The position numbers and the translations under genes are program-made. DNA of 64,000 bases from assembly GCA_001949185.1 (NCBI GenBank), contig BDGG01000004.1, positions 2,381,620 through 2,445,619 of the forward strand. The letters are read 5' to 3'. Each line of letters begins with the position of its first letter. The first letter of the stretch is position 1. Positions 1 through 14,100 of the stretch are shown here, in pieces. This stretch comes from Ramazzottius varieornatus. Taxonomy: Eukaryota; Animalia; Tardigrada. The notes beneath the pieces are model-generated. The model saw only the letters and a list, made by a program, of their open reading frames with translations, had not been told where the DNA came from and searched no databases.

Positions 1-850
1 AAAAATGATTAGGGTTACGAAGATTCGGCAAATGCGACATGGCAAATGATTCGGACCAGATCATTTTCTCAAAAACACGCACGCTTTCAGGCTTGACAAG
101 GAAGAGGTTCGCCACCTGAGATAACAACCTGGTTTAGTTGATTTTTCCCCATCCCAAACTATGTTTTCAAACCACTTTTTTCTTCAGATTGATAGTTGCC
201 CGTCTTATCTTGGTTAAGAACTATGAATTCTTGTGGAAAATCGGCCGTAGCTGAAGTATTCATTATAACAGGCAGGCCGCGCATGACACCGAGTTATTGA
301 ATTTTAGAGCTTGATGAAGAACTGATCTACAGCAGTGAACTCAGAACCGCTGGCGACCGGTGCGGGGCGCGTGTCAATTTGAAAAATAACTGTTATTGTA
401 ACTGACAGTAATTGGCGCGAGATACTTGTCGATTCAGGTAACATCTAATTACGCATCCCGGAAGAAACGGCTGCGGCTTGTTACCTTTCATTGCTCCGGC
501 TCCCCTTTCCCTCGACAAATTTTACTCGCTGTCCTAATTAGCCTAGGTAGGAAGGAACTAGAGAGGAAGTAGATGATGAGCCCTGAATGGAAATCAATGT
601 GACATCAAAACCCAAATTTTTTGCATGAATGATTAGGGGAAGCTCCTGGGCACGGATCGTGTCAGAGAGTGAAGAGGAAGTTGCTGTCCTGTTTTAATTA
701 GGTGCTTTGTGCTTATCGTGACGGTACGCTCTCCTATGTTTGTGGATGTCTGAAGGCATACAGTGGAATAAATTGAGGTATTCAAAATCTGTTCCAAAGT
801 TTTTCCTCTAGTCCGAACGAGAAAAACGATGAAAGGCCGACAAACTAAAC

Positions 851-940
851 GTACAAGATCTTTCTGCTGAATGGCGCATATCGTTCTGTTGTGTGGCGCC
901 AACAGAAGGGAAATGTGCGCCACTTCACGTAATGATGTAC
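851..940. repeat. Dispersed hairpin family (GTGGCGCAC...GTGCGCCAC), copy A
   Basis: GAATGGCGCATATCGTTCTGTTG-loop-CAACAGAAGGGAAATGTGCGCCACTTC; left flank CAAACTAAACGTACAAGAT resembles copies B and C. Confidence 0.65.
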
Positions 941-1601
941 ATTCCGTCTACCCACGTCCCAAATATTTTCAGCAGATCAAATAGGCGTTCTCAATTGAAG
1001 ACACTCTTTGGACTACCCAATTTGATCTTTCGAGAAATATTCATGGTGAAAACAGATGGAGTGACATCGAAGTAGGGTCGCCACGTTCGTCATGTGTCTT
1101 GAAGGTTGGACAAACGTTTCTTAGAAAATAAGGCTGTCGATGGAAAATTAATCAAGTAAATTACCTGTTATCTGACGAATAGTGACGATGGTGAATGGCG
1201 GTAACTGGCTTCATTTTCACCAGCTAAGATGCGGACGCATTGATAAGTGGCAATTCAACTAATGGATTGCTTTTCATACATTCTTGATTGAGTTGTCGGT
1301 CAATTAGCCGGTTAGAAAATTTGCCAAATTCTGTTTCTGGACCATTCAACGGGGGGAATTTTTCTCCATCAGCTTGATCGGATGGTCACGTTCAGTGCGC
1401 AATTTACGTAAGTGCCAACAACGCCTTCGTGACAAATTGACTGTAGCATTCCCGCTAGAGACTGCTCCCTCGGCCATTTCCCTTGGCGTCTTCTAAATAA
1501 AGTTGATCATCGGTCCTTAATGGCAATCAGCATACCAAAACTGTAACTACATCGAATTAAAAACTTAATATGAATCACACTTGGGAGCTGGGCAAACGAA
1601 A

Positions 1602-1682
1602 CGTGCAAAATTGTTGTGTCGAGTGGCGCACGTTTTCATTGTGGGCTAGAAGAATGCGCCACTCAAACAACGGTCTTGTGCG
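1602..1682. repeat. Dispersed hairpin family, copy B
   Basis: AAAATTGTTGTGTCGAGTGGCGCACGTTTTC-ATTGTGGGCTA-GAAGAATGCGCCACTCAAACAACGGTCTTG. Confidence 0.7.
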
Positions 1683-3415
1683 GTCAATTTTCCCTGTTTC
1701 TTCGGCGACGGAGTTCGCAGGTGTCCATCTGATCCATCATGTAAGTCGTATACTTTTCAATATCGTTTGAAACAGCAGTGTTCATGGGTGCGGTATGGTC
1801 CGACGAACAGAACCACGCCCTTCGTCGCTAACCAGCGTGCTTGCAAAAGGTCTTTCGGGTTCGCAGTGGTAGATTATCTGTATGGATAAAAGATTTTCTT
1901 TTTGGATTGTATGGGTGAGAACTTCTTCAGGAAGATGTTCAGATTCCGAGATGGAGGCTAGTTATTTTAATTTGTCTTTTGTACAGCACTTCTGCAGCGC
2001 AGCCAGATGCATTGATTTGGCTCCTTTTGTGTGCCTCAGAGGTTATGACGAATCTCTGGTTTCCTGATCTTTGAATAGGAAGAGGATTGATAATTATAAT
2101 TGCACGAGGGGGCAATAATAATAACACAAACAGTATGTGGCCGGCTATTACCACGCCTGGTTCCTCAGTTCCTTTACAAATGCAGCCAGAAGACTGAAAG
2201 GAAGGTTTATTCAGGAAGATCGTCTTGGTCAGGCACACGATAGTCTTCAAGTGGCAAAATTGTATGTAGCTGCTGATAATTATCTGCTCTATGGATAAAT
2301 CGTTACTTACTTGAGCTGAACAAGCCCATTATTAACTGACATTCTTTTCTGATTGATCAAAGACGCAGTTAGCACCTCGGTCCATTCATTACTAATTGTC
2401 CGATTACGCTTAGACAAATCTGACCCGGTGGTCGCGCGTGCGACTGCGTACCATAGTGTCTCAATGCGCTGTCTTCAATCATACACAACTAACGCAACCG
2501 AGCGTGAAAAAATATTAACCTTAGGTTGGCGGATATCTCGGCCATAGAACTGCTCAATTTAATGCTTGATACCTTTTCGCCTCTTTCACATCCGAAAAAT
2601 GCACAGAATTGTTAATGGTGTAGTTGTTTAGAATATAATTTATCACTTCGGAGCACGACTGAAAGTACGACCTAGCTTAGTATCCAGAGAGCATCCGCCA
2701 CCTCAATATAGAGAAGAAAAGGACTTCGCGGCAAGCCGGACTTGATTTTCGACGTGAGTTCGCTACTTGGGTTCCTCGTTAAAAAAAGGGGCGTCTGAAG
2801 ACGAAAGCGTAATGAAAGTTGCACCAGTTATAATTGCAACTGCGGCAGGCAGAAGAGCTTTCCATCTGGCTGGGCCGAACTGTGCATGCTCTTGGTCTGT
2901 AGTTCCGTGATCGTACGCTTTGTCATTACCGGTGGAGAAAAGACGTGACTGTAGGCTTCAGCCATTGCTTCCACCATTGCTTCAACTAGCTGTATATGAT
3001 GGACATCTCGTACTGCTGATTAGGTGGTGCACACTGGTATGATGTGTAATTGGAAATACTGTAGTGGCAATTGCGAGAAACTGTGCGGAAGAATTGAAAA
3101 TGTACAGTACATGGTGGAGATCTGCCAATGAGAATGTAAAGTTCACTGTAAGTGAGTTGCTGCTGGTATCGTTTGTCGCGTCAAAGCACTCCCAATAACT
3201 AATCAATTGCCTGCGAACAGCCAATACGCCTTATTGGTCCTTCGCACTTGGAAACCCATGCAGGATGTGTACCTCAGTACGATTGGCTTTGCAATGATCA
3301 GCCTAAGCTCTGGCAAGAACGCTAATCATTCATGATCCTTTCATCGTTCCAGACCTTGTTCCTCTTTTGACCAAGAAGTTTTTGTTGCATTCCTTTACTC
3401 AACTAAACTTTCAAT

Positions 3416-6400
3416 ATGAATTTGATGGGGTACCATAGTGTGTCGGGCCATGGCCATTCAAACATGGCCATGCAGCATTCGCGCAATCCTTTTGCCATCC
3501 AGGAAATCCTGGGCCTGGGTGGCTTTGGCACATTGACTGCCAATGAAGCCGCGCAGCATTCTTCCATGAATGGTCTGAGTCATTCTTCCGGTGGGGTTTG
3601 TAGCATCCGGCCGGGCTCGGCGGCCTTTTATCCCTCGGTCTCGCATGCCAGCGGTCATCAGCTACCTGTCAGTGTCCAGAATTGTCTGCAACCAAGTGCC
3701 GCAGATGTGGCCGCCGCGGCCACAGCCCACCACGCGGCCGCAGCGACCGCCAGAATGTACTTTTCCAATTCCTCGGCTGCCCATCTCATGAACTCCTACA
3801 TGCCTAACGTGGCTTCCGGACCATCATTCCAGCCTTCGCATCCCCAACATGTATCGTCCTTCCTTACGGGATTCCAAGAGTGCTCTCCCCCACGAGAAAT
3901 TCAAACAGGTACGACCTCAAATATTTGAAACTTTTTTCAAAAAAATATTAAAATATAATCTGAAATTGAACTTTCGAAAGTACAATTTGAATAAAAGTAA
4001 TTCGAAGCATCAAACTTATAAAATATAGACGGCCAGATTGGCTAGCCCGTATTCTTCGAGCTAAACTGACCCCACAAAACAGTTTTGTACTAAAGGTCAT
4101 TCAGCGTTGCCATTGTCATTTCTAGCCAGATCAAGAAATTTCTGTCGCGGTGGGCACAGAGGGTATTCCTTTTTTGTGACGGCACCGCAAGGACCTGAGC
4201 TAATCGGATTCTATTTTTTAATGTATGTTCTCTGCGGTAATTATTTAATCTGATTTTCGTCATTTTTGTGGATGAGTACCAGATCCACTTGCTCGTAGGA
4301 CCAACGTTGGTCCATCCAGGAAGCTCAGCTAACATATTTGCTTAGACAGTGTTGTCTGTAATTTTCTTGTCACGAAATGACAGAGTGGGTTTAGTGATAG
4401 CATGCGATGATTATAAGGTCGGCGCAATTGTGTAATTGCTCAGATGATGAGGAAATGCGCGTTGACACTCGTGGCTAACGCTGTAATTACAAGTGTTTCC
4501 CCGTGCTGAACGCTAAACAGTTATCGGCATAGCATTTGCTTGTTGAACTCCTTTTCAATCATAATCAATTGCCTGCATATACCCCAATTGTTTTGACCAG
4601 CATAGTGCAAAGGAATTTAAGTTTATACTTCGACGGAATCTTCCATACTTTTTCGTTTACTGTGCGAGATAGATGCTAGAATTCCAAACTGCAAAAATAC
4701 CCGAACAATAAATTAGAGTGTTTATTGTAGTAATGAAAAATATCTTAACGTTATATTTATATGGGTCAGCTTCCCGGTGTGACATGCGTGTGTTCTTCCT
4801 CTTCGCGAACTGGTGTATCAAATTTCTCGAAGATAATCTGATCTTGTATGGCAGCACGTTTCATAATATTGTGTCAGCGTGGTAGAAGTCAGCATGCCGG
4901 CTAAGCGCATGTGCTGCTAATAATAAGGTGTTGAATTAGTTTTGTTTTAGTCAACGGAGACTTCAATGCAAACCATGGATCGGATAAGCTCTTCGACCAG
5001 GGATCCAATAGCACCGGTAAAAAGAAGAAGAAGAAGCGACGCCATCGGTAAGAACCGGAAGAGATTCCGCTGACCTTTCGCTTTGCTCACTCTTGATGCC
5101 TCTAATGTCTGTGAGTATTTTGCAGAACGATTTTCAACAGCCATCAAGTAGACGAACTCGAGAAAACGTTCAAAGAAGCACATTACCCGGACGTCTATGC
5201 TCGAGAGATGCTGTCCCTCAAGACCGACTTACCCGAAGACCGTATACAGGTAATGTTTCAAACACAACTGTATGTGGTAACTTGACCGGAAAATGCGAGC
5301 TTGTGGTCATTCAGTGCAGAACGAAATCGTAAAAAACTTCGCCGGCTGCTTAGCGGCGTTCTTACCAGAACGACAAATTGAATTTTGTCGAATGAAGAAA
5401 GCTCTTGCTGAGACGACCTACTATCTATCATAGTTGTGTGTCTGGCAGGCCAGATTGACCCGAGAAGGCTTTTTCAATCGAGGGTCTTATGAGTGATGTC
5501 AATTACGATGAGAATAACTAGATTATATCGGCTATTAATTGCGATAGTGTGGGTGAAAAGTGCCATTTTCCATCGGCAAGATAATATGATTAGCGTGAGC
5601 ACGTAAACTATCCTTTGGGGGATGGTAATCACATTAAGGAAAGCGGTTAATTTTCTCGTCCAAGCTCACTGGAGAGAGCGTTTGCCATATTTTCCTTCGA
5701 TGATGTTATTGTAGGCGTGCAAGTCGAGTGACCCGGCGTTTACATGAAACAAACATTAGACAGCGGCCGCCGTTTAGATGACAGCTTTCCATTCGTCAGT
5801 ACTTTTGACGTCTTGCATGAAGCAAGTACAAACTAAATTAGCGAAAAGGCTGATTTGAAAGAGAAGCGCACTGAGCATCTTATTCAATTTAAACCGGATA
5901 ACTAAAGAGTTAATCATCCGTTCCACTGAACGCCATTTATTCCGTCGATCGATAGTTCATCTTGAATTTTCATGGCGATGCATTTCCACAGACAGTTCGC
6001 AGTCATTCTGACCAATTTACAAGACTTTTGCATGTCGGGAAGCATCAAGAATTCATAAAATGAAAACGGAACGCAATCGTTCGTTTTTTGGGCTTTGATG
6101 GTGACTAACGCTATCGAAAGTTCGTGAATTCGTATCAGCTGCAATGCCGCTAATATCATTCCATAACCGCTGTAAATTGGTTATATTTCGACTTCGCCAA
6201 ATTCGCGCGTGTTGTTGACGGACCGAGGTACAAAATGGCGCATGCTCAGAAGGTCTTCGTTGTATATGTGCCGCGCGCCAAATATGGGGCTGTTATAATT
6301 AGTAGACAAGTAGATCGTTATTGAATAACGAGGCACGTCCGCATTTCCGGTCGGTTAGCTCTTCTGCCTAGTGATTCTGCTCATTAGTGATAAATTACGC

Positions 6401-7271
6401 TAACTAGTCAAAAAAGCAATGGAAGTATAACGAGCTGTATTGTCTGCCTTGCAGGTATGGTTCCAAAATAGACGAGCCAAATGGAGAAAGACGGAAAAGT
6501 GCTGGGGCAGAAGCACGATCATGGCCGAGTATGGCCTGTACGGAGCCATGGTTCGCCATTCTCTGCCGCTTCCGGAGACCATCCTAAAAGCCAAAGAGAG
6601 CGCTGGAGTGGAAACATGTGCTCCATGGTTGTTAGGTTCGTACAGCAAAATCCAGCAGAGCAGTCGTGCGCAATTGTTATCTGGGTGCGCGAGGCAAACG
6701 GGAAACCGCGAAGACGTATATAGCGTTCTCTTGATACACTCGCGCAAAGTTTGACAGACGTGCACGAGCTGACTGGGGTGATGGGATTACAAAGAAAGAG
6801 AGAGCAATAACATATTCGCAACACTTGAAGCATCTTTCAAGTGGGGCTGTAGCTATAAACTGAAGGTGTTTATGCACTGCAGGAATGCATAAGAAATCGC
6901 TGGAAGCTGCTGAACACTTTAAGAATGAGGATCTGAACGCTACTGCCAATGGGAACAGCAACACGACCAGCCGAGACGGATATGACATGCCCATGACATA
7001 CAGTGAGGAACGCGACGGGAGCCCAATTAATCTGGCTGCTAAATTTCCAAATATGCATGTTATCGATCCACAGCAGCATGCCCAGTCACAGCAGCCACAG
7101 CAATCCACTTCCCAAAATAAGGACCGTGACGAAATACGAACCAGTAGCATTGCTTCTCTTCGAGCAAAAGCACAAGAGCACTGTGCTCGGTTGATGGGGG
7201 ATTCACCTACCAAACAGTTTCCTGATCCAAGAAAGTCCCAAGTCCTCAAAGACCCTAATAAGCCGGAATAG
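3416..7271 (+). CDS. Vsx: Visual system homeobox (Vsx/Chx10/CEH-10 family) transcription factor, 5 coding exons (~3416-3908, 4951-5047, 5125-5249, 6455-6635, 6883-7271)
   Basis: eh1/octapeptide FAIQEILGL. Spliced homeodomain [64 protein letters not shown] domain [33 protein letters not shown]...CAPWLLGMHKKS. C-terminal OAR motif [15 protein letters not shown]. Confidence 0.96.
5514..5636. promoter_or_regulatory. Cluster of paired-like homeodomain dimer (P3, TAATNNNATTA) sites in Vsx intron 3
   Basis: TAATATGATTA (5582-5592), TAATCACATTA (5626-5636) and variant TAACTAGATTA (5514-5524). Confidence 0.45.
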
Positions 7272-8100
7272 GTCTTCGGTTTGCAAGCTATTATGCAACG
7301 CTATCCGTATCGCACTGACACAACAGAATGAAGCTGGGCACTTCTTCCTGCACTCGCTAGTTTTTCTTCCGAGGACTAACTCATTCCCTCATTTCTTCAT
7401 TTACCTCAAAATATCGAATGTTCGTTGGTTACAGTCCTCCATGTTCATATCGAAGGACCGCTCACTATTGTTCGCTGCTAGCACCATAAGAATGCTTCGG
7501 CGGAAAGGTTGTAAAGGGTTTGCGAGAATTCGCCGCGCTAGGGTTGTCAAAGAGCCCGATGGACTCTTGACACTGCACGTCACAGATGGCACCTTACCTC
7601 GCGAAGGTTCGGTAAGATTAGCTCAGAGCAAGCATATCGTAAGTTGGTAAGCCAAAACTACCCTCATGTCTAACCGTTTATCGCGGTAACCGTACGGTAC
7701 ATGATGGAGGTCCCGATAACAGGGAAGGTTAACTGGGCGCCATCTCAGATGCTGTGTGATAGCGACGCGCCTTTGCCCACAACTTCGAAGAATACGCACA
7801 TTGTCATTCTTTGCATGTAGCGTTTCCCTTACGGAATAATCGGCCAATGTGTTAGCAACTGCTTCCATATTTCTGATCTAATTATCCGGAGTATCCTAAT
7901 GGTGAAAAAACTGCTGTACTTGATTCGGATCTGTTGTCCCAATTACTCGATTCGGGAGGTCACTGGTGGGCCACAATTTTAAGTAACTGCTGCCCTGTTC
8001 CAGAATCCGGAACTTTAAAGTGTAGTACCAACGAAAAACACCCGCGCTCTTGGCGCGAATGGTTTGGTGCGGATCGAGGAGCTATCGTTTCAACAATATA

Positions 8101-11100
8101 ATGAAGCATCACCCGACCATACTTGTATGGGGGCTCTTGTTGTTGCTTCTTCCCCGGACATTTTCGCATGTGGAGGAGAATGTTCAAGAGTCAGAACTGT
8201 AAGTTGCCTGAAGACCGACTTATAACGAAGCATTGCTGATCGTGCAATTTGATGCATCTACCTCAAACTCCGATACTGATGGATTGCTTCGGTCGAAACT
8301 ACAGGAAAAAAAACATTTCAATCATTGTCCCGCGTTTTTCGAATATAGTTTTGAGTTTAAGCATTACTAAAAAGGTTACGCGGCGACAGGCGTAGTTTAG
8401 TTTTGCCAGATTTGACCACAGGTACAAGAATGCCTCGTTAACCGGAAGTTCATTGGGAGTGGCTCGTTATCAAAGCTATCGGTTGCACACCGGTATACTC
8501 GGTAATCCGTATTGTTTACGGTCTGAAGTGATCGTTCACGGTGTGATCGTTCGAAGCGTCATGTGCCATAACTACCGTTTTCCGTAATATTTTTATGCTT
8601 CGAAACCATTTGACCATTTTTTACGTAAAGACAGAGGTTTCTGCTGGCTGCTGAATTGTGAGCCTAAATGTGAGGTTTCCGTCCGCAGATAATTCACTGC
8701 GAATGCGCCACCAATTCGAGCAGGCGAAAAATTTGCGCGGGCTGTTCAGAATTTAGTCACATTGGTCTTCGTCGATGCTGGCAAAGTGGACAGATGCCAT
8801 CTAATTTTATTCCTTGGCTTTTCGCAGTCCTCGCATTCGAACGCATGATGGCGTTCTATACTTCGAAGCCGGACGAGCTGGCAACGGCGCGATTTCGATC
8901 AAAGCTACATCGGTCAAAGTTGGAGACCATGATCTCTTTGCCACCATAGAGGCGGTAAGTACTGACGGAGTGGGCCCTGGTACTGATGGACTCTCTTCTC
9001 AAACCGGATTTCGTTTTCGAGGTTGAAAATCATTCCTATACTAGCTTTCACAAGTCACAGGGTCTAATCAGTCCAATGTTTTAGTCTCGCCGAATTCCCG
9101 ATATCTCTCGTCAGCTGGACACGATCTCTGCCTCCCTTGGCATGCATAATGATTCGTCGGCAGCCACGATCAACCCTCTCGAATCTCTCCGCGTGAGTGT
9201 TCGAAAACTTGCTCGAGAATCTTCTGCTTCTTGAATTTTCGGCAGTTTTTGCGATTGGTGTTAAACTTCGGAAATTAACAAAGTCCTTGGTAGTATCCGG
9301 CCGGTGGTAATGACAATGCCAACATCTCTCAGCTGGCACAAGAAAACGCCCGGAAGCTTACTCGTATCCAGAGGAAGGTAAGCTGGTGGCCATGGATCGG
9401 CAGGAAAAACTGGAGTACTTTTCATGACGGATCTAATTCAACAGATGAACAGGCTGGAAACCAAACTTTTGGACGCACTCGCTGTAAGTGCGGATGCGCT
9501 GTACGTACGTAATTCGGTTGTTTTAATGTTTTTCTCGTGGCAGATTTTGGCGAGGGATGAATGCTCATCTAGTCCTTGCAAAAACGGAGCAACGTGCATC
9601 GACAAATACAATGGGTTTACATGCATTTGTGCCGTAGGATGGCAGGTAGGAATTTTGAAGACAGGTCTACCGCCAACACAGATACTGTATTCCCCCGATA
9701 TCTCCGCGAAGCCTGATACCCATGGCGCCACCTACGAAACGCACATGACGTACGGCGGATAGGCGCGCATGTATGGATGACGTACGTCCTGTAGGTGGCG
9801 TCACGAGTAACGGGATTCGCGAAGATATCGGCGGAATACAGTACACCTTAGACCGGATATAGAACATTTGTTTCACTTCTACAATTTTCGCTATTCTGCG
9901 TCCGACTATAGGGTTTGTCATGCGACATTGACCGAGACGAATGCGCGTTGATCAACGGAACGGACTGGGAGTGCAAAAATGGAGGAACGTGCATCAACAC
10001 CCGTGGGTCGTACCGGTAAGTACCCTTCACCGAATTGGAATTTGAGCATAATCCCAGTCTGACTGGCCCAGCATCGCATGTTCCCGTATTTATAGGTGCG
10101 AATGCCCTCCTGCTTGGCATGGAGTGCACTGTACGTCGCAACGAGACGACTGTTTATTTTCATCCAACGAGGAACTGTGCGGCCATGGTACTTGCCTGAC
10201 CGTTGCTCGGTCTGAACATAACCAGTCCAGTTACTCCTGCCTATGTGACGCCGGTTGGACGAAGAACGGAAGCGCAAACGCCGCCTGCAACGTCGACATT
10301 GATGAATGCAAAGTGTCCAAACCGCCATGCTCTACGGACCCAGCTGTCGACTGCATCAACACACCCGGAAGTTTCAGGTTTGAGATTACGGCATCGGAAG
10401 GCGAATCCCTCGTTTTGTTTGACAGTTCTGTAATGAGCGTTGGTATGCAGGTGCGGAAGTTGTCCTTCCGGGTACGATGGCAATGGGATTGTCTGCATGG
10501 ATATCAATGAGTGCCTTGTGGATAATGGCGGATGCAGCAAGGACCCGCTGGTGGCATGTGTGAATACCATAGGATCCTTTTACTGCGGAGCTTGTCCATA
10601 TGGTTCATGTAAGTAGACCACAATTTCTCCAATAAACTACAGCGTTTTCAACCGGGGAATTTCCAGTTGGCGATGGAGTCACTTGCACACCTTTTGGCAG
10701 TTCCTGTTTGGTCAATAACGGCGGTTGCAGCCCGAATGCGACCTGCGTCAACAATTACCTGTGGAACTTCCCGATGTGTAGCTGCAAACCAGGCTTTGAA
10801 GGTCCATAAAGACGATGTGGAAGCTCGGTAACCACAGTTAGTGACGCTATTCTTTTTGGTCGAGTAGGAAATGGACTTGGAGCGGATGGTTGCCGCCCTG
10901 TGATGAAGGTCTCTCGTATTTCTAACCCATGCGCAGTTTCGCCGTGTCAGAATGGCGGTATCTGTCTGGAGCCATTCCTCTTCCCTAATGGCACACTGAC
11001 ACCCGAGGGATACTACCGATGCGACTGTGTACCACCTTGGGTGGGGAAGAACTGCGACCAGTACATGTCAAGTAATGTTTCAAATATTTCCAAGTCTCTG

Positions 11101-14100
11101 ATCATTGTACTCCAGTTGTCTAGCTCGAGGTTTTGGCGTTTGCAGCGTGTGGTGGAAACCTAACAGGACCTATTGGCCGGTTCAACAGTCCCACGGAACC
11201 AGGTCACGAAAGCGACAATCAGTATCTACACAACGCTAACTGCCGGTGGGAGATAACAGTGCAGCCTGACGAGGTGGTGTGGTTGAAGGTACTATCATCC
11301 TCGCTGATTAGTCAGCTGCATCAGGTGTATGAGACAGATGAATTTTTTATCAGTTTTGATTTTTTGTAGTTTTTAAACTTCCAGCTGGAGCAAAATACAG
11401 CCTGCAAGTACGATTTCGTAGAGATTATCGACCCAGCCGCTACTGCCACGAACACCAATGGAACCCTAGCCAGGTGCGCTGAAGGAAATTTATGAAGTTG
11501 TGAGGCGATTCCTTCGCTCATGGGGCTTTCTTTCCACAGGCTCTGCGGAAGCAATCCTCCAGAACCCATCGCGTCCAGGTCCAACAAGATGGTAGTCGTC
11601 TTCCAGTCGGATGCCAGTGTCCACTACGGAGGTTTCATCGCTCTATATACCTCGCTGCCTAAGGACAAAAGCAAGTTAACTATCTTCCTTGAGTTGCTTC
11701 AAAAAACAGTTAGAAAACTAAAGCTTATCGAGTGGGCTTTGACGCAGTTTGTGGCGGTGAGCTCCGTCAATCTTCTGGCACCATACAATCACCTGGGTTC
11801 CCCGATGACTATCCAGGTTTGTGAATGAGCTGACTGACGGCGGTGTTGCGAATGAGCCATGATGACTTTTTAGCTTACACTACTTGCAACTGGATAATTA
11901 CGGTCGACGAAGGGCACCAGGTCGTGTTAAATATCACCCAGTTCGACCTGGAGTACCACGAAGACTGTCATGCTGATTTTGTCGAAGTTAGAAATGGCGG
12001 GTCAGAGAGCTCTCCTCTGATCAAAAAATTCTGCGGACGCTTAAACTCCACCCAGCTCAAGTCACATACGAATCGAATGTTCATTCGTTTTGTCACCGAT
12101 CGCTTCCGCCATGCTGGAGGCTTCCAAGCGACCTACTATAGCACACCGACAGGATGCAGTGGCGTCATGCGCGCCCCCTATGGAGCGGTAAGACTTCCAG
12201 ATGTGTGTAACTTTTTGCTGCAATATTACTGGGAATAATTTCGTTATTTTTCTCCGTTAACAGATAACGTCCCCCAACTATCCTCAGCCATACTACCACA
12301 ATGCTGAGTGTTACTGGCACATCCACGCTGCAGCAGGTAGTTCGATCCAGGTTTCGGTCGTTGATTTCGACTTGGAGAATTCGCCTGGTTGCCAGTACGA
12401 CTATGTACAGTTCTACGACGGACCGCTGAGGTCAGGAACGCCCTTGGAAGCTCTCTGTGGAACTACCATCACACAAAAGCCAATCAAGAGTTTTTCAAAT
12501 GAAATGCAGATCAAGTTCCGCAGCGACCTTTCTTCAGCCGGCAGAGGTTTTCATCTTACATATCAAGCCGGTAATGCTCACTTTACCTACTTTCTCATCA
12601 GTCGCATAAATAAGACTTCCCAAAATAATCCAGGGGGAAGCTACTTACAGAGTGGCGGTTTGATCTTCACGATCGTTTGATGATTATTTCATGTCGTAGT
12701 TTGTGAGAAGCGCATACTGAAACAGCGGTCAGGTGTCATCGAGAGTCCAGGCTTCCCGGAAAGCTATCCCTCGAACTCGAACTGCGATTACACCATTATA
12801 GTCTCCAGAGGGAACAAGGTCAACCTGACGTTTTCCCACTTCGGCTTACCTGACTCGAAAGATTGCTTGAACGATTACCTAAAGGTATTTCGGACAGAAA
12901 GACTGAGCATCAGGTTACGTGTACAGTGGGACCACTTCCTTGTTTATATTAATAGATCTACAATGGTGAATCCGAAACCGACGCGCTCTTCGGAACATAC
13001 TGTGGCAGCAGTCCCCCAAAGTCCATACAGTCCTCGGGCAATAAGTTCCATATTCGTTTCAAGACGGGAACGGTTGGCCGCGGTATGGGTTACCGGTTGG
13101 AATGGACAACTCATGGATGCGGTGGGGACATTATCGTGGAACGAAGAGACGCAAACGTTGCCAGATACATCACCTCACCGAATCATCCAAGCCCATATCC
13201 ACCCAATATCGTTTGCGAATGGCGCCTGATTAGCTCTGAGTACGGCTATGGCGTCAAACTCGACATTCTTCAAATTGACCTCGAAGCACATGGAATGTGT
13301 CGTTGGGACAAGTTAGAAGTAAGCATTTCTCACAACAACCGTCATCAAGCCCGGATTAACATAAAATCGGCAAATAACTCGACAAGATTGTTGTCCCAAG
13401 TGGCGCACGTTTCCCTTGTTGTTAGCTGGAAATGTGCGCCACTTGGAAACATGATATTGGGGAGTGGTTAATTAACAGGATGGCTGTTCTTCTAGATGTT
13501 TAACGGACCAGACGAAACGTCCCCTTCCCTCTCAACGGTCTGCCACACTCAAAACAAAACACAAAGTCTTTCCTCGTCTTCGCCGGTCATGTACATCCGC
13601 TTCAGTTCCGATCAAAGCAAAGCCGGCAGCGGATTCCGAGCTCGCTACTCCCTGGTTGAAAGCATCTGCGGACATAATTACTCAACGCCCACTGGCAACT
13701 TCCAGTCCGTGAATTACCCTCAGCCCTACCCCACCAACCTCGTCTGCGGATATTTGATAACTGTTGCGGAACAACACGTGGTTGTGTTGAACGTTACAGT
13801 TCTCGACATCGACGAAGAACTCAACTGCAAATCCGAGTACCTTGCGCTGTATGACGGGGAAGGTACCGGGTCGCCGCTCATTGCCAAGAACTGTGGAAAG
13901 AACCCGCTGACGTTGGTTGGTACCAGCATTCGCTCCTCCTCTAATAAAATGTTCATCGAGTGGCGATCCAACAACGCCACAGAGACGGTGAGGACAGGCT
14001 TCCAGGTTTCCTACAACACTGGTATGAAATCAAGCTTTCGCAGTCGCAACTGAAGCAGGTGACTAATCACAATTATATATTTCGTGTTGTTTTTAGGATG

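Noticed and set aside
1301-1316. CAATTAGCCGGTTAG resembling the CEH-10/TTX-3 AIY motif
   Set aside because: Spacing and core bases differ from the consensus as I recall it; not supportable as a single site.
633-3224. Short ORFs upstream of Vsx
   Set aside because: No recognisable motifs or consistent splice structure; probably chance ORFs in regulatory DNA.
6636-6754. Read-through of Vsx intron 4 giving an OAR-less isoform
   Set aside because: A 39-codon open intron can arise by chance; no transcript evidence.
6677-7249. Long antisense ORFs (also 30298-30825, 42173-42562, 56845-57405, 60396-60740)
   Set aside because: They are shadows of real exons on the opposite strand.
7441-7650. ORF with RIRRAR considered as cubilin first exon (furin-like site)
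   Set aside because: Exon 8101-8198 gives a convincing signal peptide and the correct phase; this ORF has no signal peptide and lies in the Vsx 3' region.
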